Shown piece after piece: positions 9,860 to 19,616 of a stretch of DNA of 64,000 bases (its first letter is position 1; every line of letters starts with the position of its first letter). Under the pieces are notes generated by a model. That model worked only from the letters and a program-made list of their open reading frames with translations, had not been told where the DNA came from and ran no database searches. The translations under genes were made by a program, and so were the position numbers. Origin of the DNA: Schizochytrium sp. TIO01 (Eukaryota > Protista > Bigyra: Labyrinthulomycetes). The stretch lies in NCBI GenBank assembly GCA_004764695.1, contig SMSO01000032.1, forward strand, positions 5,736,483-5,800,482, read 5' to 3'.

Positions 9860-11806
9860 TTAGAAGTGGATTGGTGCGTAGACATGTTGCGGGGGGGTAG
9901 TTTTTGCTTTCGTGAAGCATTTATAGCAAAGAACTATCATGATAATGATCAGTATAAATATTACTGAACCGGTAATACCGATAATTGTGGGACTCTTCAT
10001 CCATTCAAAGGACGAAGTACTACTGGTCGGTTGTAGTGTTGGTCGTTGAGTTAATGTATAGAATGTGGGTGAGAAAGATGGCCTGGGTGTTGATGGTGTA
10101 GGGTTCTTTGTTATGAATGTAGGAGATGAGGTACTACCAATAGTAGGATTAGAGGTGGAACTTATGAATGGACTTTGCGTAGGATTAGTAGTAGTGGGAC
10201 CTGAAGATGGTGTTGAAATAGTTGGTCTTGGTGTGTCACTGCCACCATCAGTATTTTCAATACAAGTCCCTGATTCACAATGCCCCAGAGTACTTTCATC
10301 AGTATAACATTTTGAACCATCGGATACATCAGTAACATAGGTAACTTCACCATTGTACCTGATCCATAGACTAGACGTGCAGTACCCAGACGAGTCAATG
10401 CATTGCTGTCTACAACCATTTGTTCCACACAACTCAAGATTGGCAAAGTAATCTTGGCATCTATTTGTACATGTTCCCATCGCGCAATATCCATAGCCGT
10501 TTTCACATGATGTTTCTACATCCTGAAGGACACCTTCTTGAGTGCAACAGGTTTTATCTGAAAGGGTCCCACCCTCTGGTCCATTCTTGAGTGATACCAA
10601 AAACTCATTGCTACATTCCATTGATGGGTCAGAGAGTTTGCAGTTGACGCAAGTGTAAGGAGTAGTTCCACATGTCAGACTACCGTCAGGGCATTCACAT
10701 TCTTCTGTTCCAGTCACAAAAATATCTCCACACGTATCATCAGCGTCGCCTCCATAGATGGAGCTGTACGGACACGAGTCATCCTCCTCCAGATTATTTA
10801 TTTTATTACAAAAGTACTCCAGAGAAGCATTTGTATAGCCGTATTCACCTGTATCAAGAAGTTTTCCATCACCATAGTCCATAATACCACCATACTGACC
10901 TTGATCACTCGACGAAGAAAACGGGTGGACACATCCAAAAGCGTGCCCCATTTCATGAATAAATGTGCGAAATGTATACTGGTAGTTGGTGACTTTAGAA
11001 GTACCCGTGATGTATCCATAAGTTGACTGAGAGCACATTGTGTTCACCCACGCTAGCCCCGCATAGCTTCCCCATGTAGAGCATGCTGAGATTCTATGCC
11101 AGTGAGCAACATACCTTCTATCATTGTTTGCAAATGAAGTTGCTTCACTCAATGCTGCATTAATATTCGCAAGGGCTGTTCCTGAACTTGAACATGTCAT
11201 TGACTCGCCATATTGTGTATCTGCTATCCTGAATGCAACCTTTGCAAATTTTTTCAAAATGACGTTGCCTGTCACTACCATATGTTCTATATATCGTTCG
11301 ATGAGTGTGCTATTACTTCCGAATCCTTCGTATGCTGTGGGGTCGTATACTATACCAATTTCAAAGACAGTAAAGTGATTTGGAAATTGACATGACATAG
11401 CTTCCAACTGTCGTGTGTAATCATGTGTAAAGTCAAATGTAATGGGATCTGCGGTCTGTTCCTCGGAAAGTTCCCGGTGAATCGCTTTGTTTCGCCGACC
11501 GTTCAAAGTGAGTACTGAGTTGTTGTTTAGAATGAACATTCCTGAGTATTCATCATCGATATCATCCAGGAATGTAATTGCACCCTGGAAGAAACTATCT
11601 GATTTACTTTCATAAGTAGACTGGGCACTATGTCTATTTGTATATAGCCGTGTGGCAAGGTAGAGATGATAGTCGTAAGGCTGGTGGTCAACCACAAACG
11701 TCACTTGAACTTGGTTGGGTGATGGCTTCCAAACAACAAGTTTCTCGAAGGCTTCCGTTGCGAGGGTGAGGCTCAACAAGTATACTAAGAGAACGCTGAA
11801 CCACAT
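9860..11806 (-). CDS. Membrane-anchored M12B (reprolysin/ADAM-like) zinc metalloprotease
   Basis: Signal peptide, HEMGHAFGCVH zinc motif, GIMDY Met-turn, disintegrin-like CGD..EECEC region, PT-rich stalk, transmembrane helix. Confidence 0.9.
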   Translation of the reverse strand: MWFSVLLVYLLSLTLATEAFEKLVVWKPSPNQVQVTFVVDHQPYDYHLYLATRLYTNRHSAQSTYESKSDSFFQGAITFLDDIDDEYSGMFILNNNSVLTLNGRRNKAIHRELSEEQTADPITFDFTHDYTRQLEAMSCQFPNHFTVFEIGIVYDPTAYEGFGSNSTLIERYIEHMVVTGNVILKKFAKVAFRIADTQYGESMTCSSSGTALANINAALSEATSFANNDRRYVAHWHRISACSTWGSYAGLAWVNTMCSQSTYGYITGTSKVTNYQYTFRTFIHEMGHAFGCVHPFSSSSDQGQYGGIMDYGDGKLLDTGEYGYTNASLEYFCNKINNLEEDDSCPYSSIYGGDADDTCGDIFVTGTEECECPDGSLTCGTTPYTCVNCKLSDPSMECSNEFLVSLKNGPEGGTLSDKTCCTQEGVLQDVETSCENGYGYCAMGTCTNRCQDYFANLELCGTNGCRQQCIDSSGYCTSSLWIRYNGEVTYVTDVSDGSKCYTDESTLGHCESGTCIENTDGGSDTPRPTISTPSSGPTTTNPTQSPFISSTSNPTIGSTSSPTFITKNPTPSTPRPSFSPTFYTLTQRPTLQPTSSTSSFEWMKSPTIIGITGSVIFILIIIMIVLCYKCFTKAKTTPPQHVYAPIHF

Positions 11807-11898
11807 AACCAATCATAGTAAATAAACTCTTGAAATAAGTACTTATAAAGTAGTAGCTATGATGAATAATTAATCACAGCAAAACCCAAACCATTGAA

Positions 11899-12108
11899 AT
11901 GATGAACTATCAACGTCCAGGGATTAGTAGTTGTGAGAGTCATACGTATGTAGAAACCGAACGCTTGCGTCAGATCGAAGATCAAAGGTTATCGACATAT
12001 GTGCGTTCGTCACTTGCTAAGCAAAAGGTAGGGCAGGCAACTTCTGAACATTCTGGATACATAGGTATCAATACTAGCTTATTAAATCATATCCCAGTAT
12101 TCCCTTAG
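11899..12108 (+). CDS. Small hypothetical protein
   Basis: 69-aa ORF directly preceded by the CAGCAAAACCCAAAC motif. Confidence 0.5.
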   Translation: MMNYQRPGISSCESHTYVETERLRQIEDQRLSTYVRSSLAKQKVGQATSEHSGYIGINTSLLNHIPVFP

Positions 12109-12185
12109 TAATGATTATATGATAGTTTACCATTGATATATTTGTACGGGGTCCTTTTTAATTGGTTTCTTCACATTTTATCGTC

Positions 12186-12560
12186 ATGGTTGCCAGACCA
12201 ATAAAACGTGAGTTTACCAGTGATGTTGGTGAAACGCATCTTGTGCCGTTGACAAAAATGGGTTATATATTTCGATCATTGCTTTATCAATTTTATGAGT
12301 TGCAGACTAAAATGGTCGATATGGAGAGTAGCATTTTATGTTTTTCTGTCCGGGGAGAAATGATACAACTTCGAATGAATGCATCACACGGTATTGGGGG
12401 TTCATTGGGCATCCTTGAACGTGAGAGATATTTTCGAAGTTGGTGCGAAGCTTGTAATGACCTATTGTTGGTTGGAAGTGATATGAGAAAAGTAATAAAG
12501 TACTTATCACCAGAGGATGTTTCAAGTCTTGCGATGGAAGATGCAATAGCCTTTATGTAA
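12186..12560 (+). CDS. Hypothetical protein
   Basis: ORF with first ATG at 12186. Confidence 0.55.
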   Translation: MVARPIKREFTSDVGETHLVPLTKMGYIFRSLLYQFYELQTKMVDMESSILCFSVRGEMIQLRMNASHGIGGSLGILERERYFRSWCEACNDLLLVGSDMRKVIKYLSPEDVSSLAMEDAIAFM

Positions 12561-12613
12561 TAAAATTCAAATAAGTCATTATTTAAATAGCACATTAACC
12601 ATTAAATACAACA

Positions 12614-12892
12614 TACCCCCCTAATAAAAGCGATAAAAGCGATAAAAGCGATAAAAGCGATACCTATTTTTTTAGTGCAGGGGTCTCTATCTAGATTTTC
12701 TGCGGAGAAAAGTCACTTTAATATGGGAGAGTTGGAGTTTTGGGTTGAGAATCTGAATTTTTGGGATTTCAAAATCGATAATCGCATGTTTATTCTACCC
12801 CCACCATATTGCCTACTATCAAGGAATCCTCAAAATGGCGGCACCCCAGGGTAGGGACCCAGGGCTGTTTGTGATTTTTCAAATACTACAAG
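12614..12892 (-). repeat. Dispersed ~280-bp element, copy 3 (subtype A, inverted); weaker homology extends to ~12992
   Basis: TACCCCCCTAAT(AAAAGCGAT)x4...TACTACAAG is the reverse complement of copies 1 and 2. Confidence 0.95.
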
Positions 12893-13110
12893 ATTTAGGT
12901 GCCTGAGTTCAGAGTAAAGTAGGTGTCGACTCGGTGTAACCAGCTAGTATCACCGCATCGGCTCTTTTCACTAAACTCTCATCCAAACTCTCCGTATATT
13001 CTTCTCGGAGGAGTACGAACTTACGGTATAACAAAAACTCTCATGAATGTTCTGAACTCTAAACTCTCCAAAGTGATAATATGAGGAAATGATATTAAGT
13101 ATTTAATAGA

Positions 13111-13338
13111 TTATTTGTTTATCTTTTTCCTCTTGGCTATCTTCATGTAGTTGTCATCGGTTGACTTCACGCGGTGGTGTTTCTTTGGGTTAGCGATCAA
13201 TGATTCGAGCACTCCTTCGATATTCACTCGTTCAAAGTCAATATCACAATTGTCAGGCCTGTTGTAATGATTCCATACATCGATAGGTGTAAAACGATCA
13301 ATGAAGTAGTCAAGCTCGTCTAACCAATCCATATCCAT
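13111..13338 (-). CDS. Small hypothetical protein with basic C-terminus
   Basis: 75-aa ORF between repeat copies 3 and 4, ending KRKKINK. Confidence 0.55.
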   Translation of the reverse strand: MDMDWLDELDYFIDRFTPIDVWNHYNRPDNCDIDFERVNIEGVLESLIANPKKHHRVKSTDDNYMKIAKRKKINK

Positions 13339-13650
13339 AGTGAATAGTCAGTGGTGTTTGGTGTTTGTTTGGTGTTTGGTGCTTGTTTGGTATTGGTGTT
13401 AGACACGATTGATCGAGAAGGTTTGAAAGAATTTCTCAATGAACTTTCATTATACCACGTAAGCCACCATCGAGTGAAGTACACCATGCTATAATAGAGT
13501 TAGGGTTTTGTTCAATGGAATTATGAAACCATATTTCAAGTTATACTAATTCAATAAGTCACTTTCAAGTATTGCCGAATGATTTTGACTACGGAAAACC
13601 ACTAGTATATACTATAGGTACATCAATAGGCCAATAATTAACGTATGTAA

Positions 13651-13930
13651 TACCCCCCTAATAAAAGTGATAAAAGCGATAAAAGCGATAAAAGCGATAC
13701 CTTTTTGAAAAGTACATGGGCCTCTATCTAGATTTTCTGCAGAGAAAAGTCACTTTACTATGGGAGAGTTGGAGTTTTGGGTTGAGAATTTGAATTTTTG
13801 GGATTTCAAAATCGATAATCGCATGTCTATTCTACCCCCACGATATTACCTCCTATCAAAGAATCCTCAGAATGGCGGCACCCGAGGGTAGGGACCCAGA
13901 GCTACTTGTGATTTTTCGATTACTACAAGT
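13651..13930 (-). repeat. Dispersed ~280-bp element, copy 4 (subtype B, inverted); weaker homology extends to ~14070
   Basis: Reverse-complement match; shares CCCATGTACTTTTCAAAAAGG with copy 2. Confidence 0.95.
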
Positions 13931-14079
13931 TTTATGTGCTCGCACTACATGACTGACTACCCGATGGAACCAGATGGTATCCCCGTGTCGGCTCTTTTGG
14001 GGAACATTCTATCCATGAGAATAGAACGGTAACTCTCCTTAGATAAGCAAGTAAACCTCTAACTCAGTGGAGAGAATCA

Positions 14080-14430
14080 ATGGATAAATTTCAAGAGCAC
14101 ATCACGTCACGGGTGTTTGAGAAAAAGGACGGAATGTTCGAGAAACCTCTTGCTTTTTTAGAGAAACTTAACGCTAGGCTAGATAAACAAGACGCTATAT
14201 TAAAGGAACATGACGCTATATTAAAGGAACATGACGCTAAATTAAAGGAACATGACGCTAAATTAGATGATTTGCGGCGTGATATGGATGCCTTGAAGAA
14301 TCCGCGATTCGACTGTTGCATTAAGGATTGTGAGTCATGTCAAGCTGGAAAAGGCGCTATTGAAACATGCAAATATAAGGACTATCCTATCAAGGTCATG
14401 ATGGCACGATTTGAGGATGCCTTGCGTTAA
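14080..14430 (+). CDS. Coiled-coil protein with heptad repeats and a Cys cluster
   Basis: 21-bp repeats encode KQDAIL/KEHDAIL/KEHDAKL; C-terminal CC..DCESC...C. Confidence 0.7.
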   Translation: MDKFQEHITSRVFEKKDGMFEKPLAFLEKLNARLDKQDAILKEHDAILKEHDAKLKEHDAKLDDLRRDMDALKNPRFDCCIKDCESCQAGKGAIETCKYKDYPIKVMMARFEDALR

Positions 14431-14470
14431 CATTAGTCGTATAGTTAGAGTATCCCACTATCCCTTGCCT

Positions 14471-14663
14471 CGGTGAAACATAACAATATCACCACATCGG
14501 CTCTTTTTGGGGAACATTCAATCTATGAGTATAGAACGCTAACTCTCCTAATGAATCTTCCCAAAGAAGAGCAAATAAATCAAACTCTCCGAGTAGAATG
14601 TTCTTGATAAATTTCATCTCGCTTGAGAATAATAGCAAGTAAACCCTTAACTCGGCGAAGAGA
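14471..14663 (-). repeat. Partial fifth copy: only the distal extension of the element
   Basis: TCGGCTCTTTTTGGGGAACATTC..TATGAG.ATAGAACG.TAACTCTCC and AGCAAGTAAACC.TTAACTC repeat ~13962-14070. Confidence 0.8.
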
Positions 14664-14862
14664 AAGTCTCAAAGATGAACAATGATTCCGGAAGCCAACC
14701 TTTGTCTGTTGACACTCTGCGAAAGGAGCGTGAGGCCCGAATGCCTCGCGTCCAGTGGGAAGACTTGAAGTTCGCCCCTCCAAAGGAGGAAACACCAAGT
14801 AAGTTATATGAATAAATATTGAATTATAAAACATTGAGACTAACCATTTTTGATCATCTACT

Positions 14863-15474
14863 ATGGGTAATCAGGTACCACCACTAAGGCAGCAGATAGC
14901 CTTCGAAAGGAGGATGCTTCTTCGAAACGAGAGGGCGCTAATGCGGGAGATGCTGGAGATAGAACGAAACCTTAATCGTATAGGTAACGATATTCGACAA
15001 GCGGTTGCAAAAAATGAAGACATGGCCCTCTTACGCATGATGGGGCGTGACTATGCACACACGCAAGCTTGCATTAGGAATCTGAAGATGATGTGCTCGC
15101 ACCTCAAACGAACTCGTATGAAACTTGATATGGCCAAGACTATAGATAATTTATACAGCTCAGTGATGGGCGTTGTTGCAGTAATGAGTCGAATGAATGA
15201 AACAATGAATCTTCCAGTTATGAATCGAATTATCAATGAATATGAGGCACAGACGCATATGATGAACTTGACTATGGATGCTACTGAAGAAATGATGACG
15301 GTAGGAGAGAGCAGTATGATTGATGAAGTTGGCGATGAAGTGGTAAATAAAATATTAGATGAATTTGGGGTAAAAGCTGCAGATAGTATTGCAGAAGCTC
15401 CCAGGGACCCCATCATAAGGCTAGACCAAGGAGTGTCCAATTTAGAACAGCGTCTCTATAACCTTAGAACCTAG
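14863..15474 (+). CDS. ESCRT-III protein, Vps2/CHMP2-like
   Basis: Basic helical N-terminal half and acidic C-terminal half; MGVVAVMSRMNETMNLP..RIINEYE, DEVVNKILDEFG, and MIM1-like C-terminus LEQRLYNLR. Confidence 0.85.
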   Translation: MGNQVPPLRQQIAFERRMLLRNERALMREMLEIERNLNRIGNDIRQAVAKNEDMALLRMMGRDYAHTQACIRNLKMMCSHLKRTRMKLDMAKTIDNLYSSVMGVVAVMSRMNETMNLPVMNRIINEYEAQTHMMNLTMDATEEMMTVGESSMIDEVGDEVVNKILDEFGVKAADSIAEAPRDPIIRLDQGVSNLEQRLYNLRT

Positions 15475-15817
15475 TCCGATAAATTAAATTGAATACAACC
15501 TTACTTTGGATAGAAAGTGATGGATAAATCCACGCATTCAATGCTTCATCTTGGTAAAAAGACAGTATAGAACGTGAAAGTTCTTCGAGAGAGTTACTTT
15601 GCACCCCTAGTTTAATTTTAGGTATCGTTGATTCAGAGCGGTTTTGAAGACGACGCTCTATGATGCGTGCGAAGATATGAATATGGCTATGCTCACGACA
15701 AACATCATTGGTTGAAAGTATGGCCCTTATTTGGCCACTTTTAGTAACTTGCGAGTCGTTATGAAGAGCTCTTATGAGACTCCATAGAAGTAGGTCGCAT
15801 TCTCTATCATTCGTCAT
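15464..15817 (-). CDS. Hypothetical protein
   Basis: 117-aa ORF filling the gap between neighbours. Confidence 0.55.
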   Translation of the reverse strand: MTNDRECDLLLWSLIRALHNDSQVTKSGQIRAILSTNDVCREHSHIHIFARIIERRLQNRSESTIPKIKLGVQSNSLEELSRSILSFYQDEALNAWIYPSLSIQSKVVFNLIYRTRF

Positions 15818-15891
15818 ATTGATAGGTGTTTGCCTGGCTTAAAACTTATATTAGTAATCACTATACCCTAATAACTAGTTCAAATACGATA

Positions 15892-16479
15892 ATGAATCGA
15901 AGGATTGAACCTACTATTCCATCATACTCATCTTCATCTTCTATTTCCACAGAGGTACGTCGGACAGGGCGAGCATTATCAATAGCGGATTATTTGCTAG
16001 GAATATATGGTAAGTTTAAGTTTTTTGCAAATGATTTTTTTACCGATGCACCTGAATTGTTTGATGTGTACGACCAGGGACGGGATGTAGAACTCTTTTT
16101 GAACACACGCGTTTTGGGGCAGCTTGTTGCATGTCATAGGTGCGGGTTTATCGAGGATTACTCTCGAATGGCCAACTTTGGATGTGTGCATCTTGCGAGA
16201 AGAGAGTGTGTCAGGCTGTTTATAATGGAATATTCCTGGGCAAACGCCTCGTTGCTGGTGCGGAAGTTTCCTCGTGCATTTCCTAGGGCCTTATTAAAGT
16301 TAGTCCAAAGAGCCGTCACCCACGCTTGGAAGAACCCTTCCAGGAATGAATCGGTCCTTATTCGCGTGTTTAACAAAGACTTAATAGAGGCTTGGGATAT
16401 TCCCACTAACGAATCGGATGTTTCGCGCCCTCCACGGTACTGGAAGAGGGAAATAGAAAAATTTATTGATGATTTATAG
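15892..16479 (+). CDS. Hypothetical protein with a CxxC motif
   Basis: ORF with first ATG at 15892; CHRCG...C.H. Confidence 0.65.
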   Translation: MNRRIEPTIPSYSSSSSISTEVRRTGRALSIADYLLGIYGKFKFFANDFFTDAPELFDVYDQGRDVELFLNTRVLGQLVACHRCGFIEDYSRMANFGCVHLARRECVRLFIMEYSWANASLLVRKFPRAFPRALLKLVQRAVTHAWKNPSRNESVLIRVFNKDLIEAWDIPTNESDVSRPPRYWKREIEKFIDDL

Positions 16480-17082
16480 ATTGACTAAGGGGAGAGCCTT
16501 GTCTCTGATTGCATTTTTATAACTCTCCTTATCACCGTTGTTGTTAATAACAAGGATGTTCTCGCGGAATGTTTCGAGAATAGTCCCAAAGTGCTGTTCT
16601 GTGGGATGAGGATCTACGTTCGGTCCTAGGCGTTTGTCCGCATCGACATAGATAATCTTCCCACCATAAGTATTCACGATTAGATCGGCTTCGTTGGGGA
16701 ACCTAACATCTGTAACAAAGATAATGGGCCGGGGGCACTTTCCAATGGCGTTATCGATCTGATCCTTGACGCGTTGGACAGTAAAGTCGGCTCCGAACTT
16801 TGTCGTGAGTGTCTCGCCTATCCATTTACAAAGGCCTCTAGGCGACTCATTGTCGAACCTTGGGATTGGCGTTTCCTTGACGACCCTATCTGTAAAGTCT
16901 TCCACCGATAGTCCGAGTGCAGCAATGAGCGTCGTCTTGAGAATGTCAGCAAAAGCAAATGTATGAATTGCATGATTGATGCCTAGTTCGTTAAGAGCCA
17001 GTATAAGTTCCTCCGCAGCAGTGTCTTTCCCTGCTCCTTTGCGGCCAGAGAAGCCAAAGATGATTGGTGCTGTGTCGCCCAT
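16474..17082 (-). CDS. Deoxynucleoside monophosphate kinase
   Basis: GFSGRKGAGKDT P-loop, FADILK, TDVRFPNE and HPTE motifs. Confidence 0.9.
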   Translation of the reverse strand: MGDTAPIIFGFSGRKGAGKDTAAEELILALNELGINHAIHTFAFADILKTTLIAALGLSVEDFTDRVVKETPIPRFDNESPRGLCKWIGETLTTKFGADFTVQRVKDQIDNAIGKCPRPIIFVTDVRFPNEADLIVNTYGGKIIYVDADKRLGPNVDPHPTEQHFGTILETFRENILVINNNGDKESYKNAIRDKALPLVNL

Positions 17083-17176
17083 GGTATACTTGGGTGCTTC
17101 CGAGTTAGGTGTTTGCTGGAAAATTTATACATTAAATTGATATCTAGTACACTAAGTTCAAAGCAACTGTAATTCC

Positions 17177-17542
17177 ATGTTTCACTACTCAAAAAACAAC
17201 GTCCGGCGATTTGAGGAGGAGCATGCTTCTGCTGTTCATATAGCAACTGCTATCAAGCACGTAGCTGGTAATTTTGGTTACCAAATGACCGATGCCTTTT
17301 TGAAGAGTACTTTATTTATCGTTGCCCTGCAGATGAATAATTTCTTAACTTCCTACATTGACAATGGAACATTCGATTTTTGGCCACTTGGTTTCTCTGC
17401 TATCTTTATGGCAATTTCAATGGCATTGACAAGCCTCCGTAAAACATACTTAGAACTATATGCAGCAGGTCCAGTCACAGAAAAGGAAGTCATTAATGAG
17501 TCAGCTGGTTTAATACACATGCATCATGAGCTCTTCAAGTAA
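17177..17542 (+). CDS. Small membrane protein
   Basis: 121 aa with two hydrophobic segments. Confidence 0.6.
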   Translation: MFHYSKNNVRRFEEEHASAVHIATAIKHVAGNFGYQMTDAFLKSTLFIVALQMNNFLTSYIDNGTFDFWPLGFSAIFMAISMALTSLRKTYLELYAAGPVTEKEVINESAGLIHMHHELFK

Positions 17543-17590
17543 ACTATAATTATATTAATTGATAAAGGTACCAACAGTATAATAAATAAT

Positions 17591-18031
17591 ATGATGAACA
17601 TTGGATATTTACTCTTTATTGGACTGGCATGCATAGTGTTATTGAATCGTTGTATCTTACTTTACTCAACTTTTGTGCGCCTCACACAGGAGCGGATGAA
17701 TGATTTATATGTTCTTACTCACTTATGCCATGTACTTGATTATAGGCAAATCGGGAGACATTCCTTAATTTGTGAACAGATTGAGAGGCGAATGTCAAAA
17801 TACTTGCTAGTCAATGCTTTAGAATATGTTGTGAATGACACACTCTATATGGAAATGGGCGTGAGCTCGATGATTCAAGTTTCAGTGATCCTTATTATTA
17901 TAGTTACACTGGGTGCCTTACAGGCCCGTATGTTATCCACTACTCAATACCCAGTTTATTATGCATTTAATCAGCACCCACAAGGAATCTTACCTATGCG
18001 CACCCAACAAGGTCTCTTGAAATATGATTGA
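17591..18031 (+). CDS. Two-transmembrane protein
   Basis: N- and C-terminal hydrophobic helices around a loop containing two Cys. Confidence 0.7.
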   Translation: MMNIGYLLFIGLACIVLLNRCILLYSTFVRLTQERMNDLYVLTHLCHVLDYRQIGRHSLICEQIERRMSKYLLVNALEYVVNDTLYMEMGVSSMIQVSVILIIIVTLGALQARMLSTTQYPVYYAFNQHPQGILPMRTQQGLLKYD

Positions 18032-18051
18032 CAATGATAGTTGTATAAAAT

Positions 18052-18453
18052 TTAAGAGTTTGACAAATTAAGTTTCATAGAAATAGCCTCTTCAAAGCAT
18101 TGAATCCAATCTTTTGCTTTGGAATAATTTGTAAAGAAAGCAATCCACCCATCGTGAAATCTGTAGGGACTCATGCCGCGAATTCTTTTCATGCATGATA
18201 CATTGTACTCCCACTCCTCGATGGTACTCTTTATTGTTTCTTCTTCTGTGCAGTCCTGTACCTTTCGAAATGTACTCACAATTCCTTCTATATAACTCGG
18301 TGATATAATAAAGGGTAATCTCACGCGTTTTCCTTCATGGGTGAAATCAATACTGGCGACCTCATCCGAAAATCCGGTAACAATATATACCCTTAGGAGA
18401 TAGCTAATCCTCCTGGGCACTGCCTCGAACTCTAGCAACGCAACCGACTCCAT
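18052..18453 (-). CDS. Hypothetical protein
   Basis: 133-aa ORF. Confidence 0.6.
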   Translation of the reverse strand: MESVALLEFEAVPRRISYLLRVYIVTGFSDEVASIDFTHEGKRVRLPFIISPSYIEGIVSTFRKVQDCTEEETIKSTIEEWEYNVSCMKRIRGMSPYRFHDGWIAFFTNYSKAKDWIQCFEEAISMKLNLSNS

Positions 18454-18460
18454 TGCTATT

Positions 18461-19069
18461 TCAGGTTTGGTTTGCCAATTCCTTATCTTTACGCTTCATC
18501 TCGGTATCATAGTTTTTCTTCTCTCTGTTATATACATTCTGAATAATCACTTCATTTACCGTGAACCCGTGCACAAGATCAATGCACTTCTTGATCGAAG
18601 CATTGTTGCTAAGTTTAAAGAAAGAATTCGGATTTTCCGTGACGTTTTTCTTAATCAAGGTTACAATTTGGTGAATGTTTGCGATATCTTTGAGTAACAT
18701 CTGCTGAGCACCCTTCAGTGTTGACTTGTTAGACTTCATCTTGGTGATGCCTTCTGCTTTCGCTTTAATGTCAGTCAAAACTCCATCTGTCTTGATTGAG
18801 CAGTCGTTCATTGTAAACCTGTAAAAATCATTAAAGAGTCGAGTGAACCTATTTAGATGATTTTTGTATGTAGTGATTTTTTTCATGACGTCAAGACCTG
18901 GTCCGGACTTTTGGTAAAGCTTATCTTTGTCCTCGATAATGGCGTCAAGGTTATTTTTAACAAGGAACTCTATTCTCACAAGTAGGGCATCAAAGGCATC
19001 AAGTAGAACAGCGAAAGCATCAATGAATGTGTGGCTCATACGATCAACGGATTCAGTTTCGGCGTCCAT
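18461..19069 (-). CDS. Hypothetical helical protein
   Basis: 202-aa ORF. Confidence 0.7.
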   Translation of the reverse strand: MDAETESVDRMSHTFIDAFAVLLDAFDALLVRIEFLVKNNLDAIIEDKDKLYQKSGPGLDVMKKITTYKNHLNRFTRLFNDFYRFTMNDCSIKTDGVLTDIKAKAEGITKMKSNKSTLKGAQQMLLKDIANIHQIVTLIKKNVTENPNSFFKLSNNASIKKCIDLVHGFTVNEVIIQNVYNREKKNYDTEMKRKDKELANQT

Positions 19070-19109
19070 TCTTGATAATTTGCACGTACAATATTAAAAT
19101 ATTGATTTT

Positions 19110-19547
19110 TTATTTATGGTTCTCTGTTGATTGAAAAGATGCAAGTGTGAGTTTGCAGAAGTCATTCACGTACCCCCTTCGCGCAGTTCGTAGATTTCTC
19201 TCAAACCTGGATCGAATACATGCCGCCTTCTCTGTGGGTAGAAGGCTCCACGCGCGGTTCAAAAGGCCACTTTCATCATTTAAACTGTAATAGTATTCAG
19301 GAACCCCAATACCGTTAAATTTGTGGTGCATAGCTGATAGTTCTTGAATAATTTCTTCTCTGGTGTCGGAATCAGGCATAGTCTTAGTGTTGTTGCTATC
19401 AGACACGTTACTTGTCTTTGTACTAGAACTATTGTTTTTCACTTTGATCTTCTCTTTCATTTTCAGCTTATCTGAGATATCCAGCACCTTGGGTGAGAGC
19501 TTCTTTGGCGCTACCTTCTTGTCGGCCTTATTCTCTTTTTTTACCAT
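19110..19547 (-). CDS. Hypothetical Lys-rich protein
   Basis: ORF with first ATG at 19547. Confidence 0.6.
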   Translation of the reverse strand: MVKKENKADKKVAPKKLSPKVLDISDKLKMKEKIKVKNNSSSTKTSNVSDSNNTKTMPDSDTREEIIQELSAMHHKFNGIGVPEYYYSLNDESGLLNRAWSLLPTEKAACIRSRFERNLRTARRGYVNDFCKLTLASFQSTENHK

Positions 19548-19616
19548 TACCCTTAACTTAATAGTATTTGACAAAGAGACTTCATATATTCACATAGCAT
19601 CAGACCAGCCCTCAGT

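Noticed and set aside
3822-13930. CRISPR array or composite transposon interpretation of the repeats
   Set aside because: The repeats are ~280 bp with gene-sized spacers, and no cas, transposase or target-site duplication is evident. The sharp ends face inward rather than outward.
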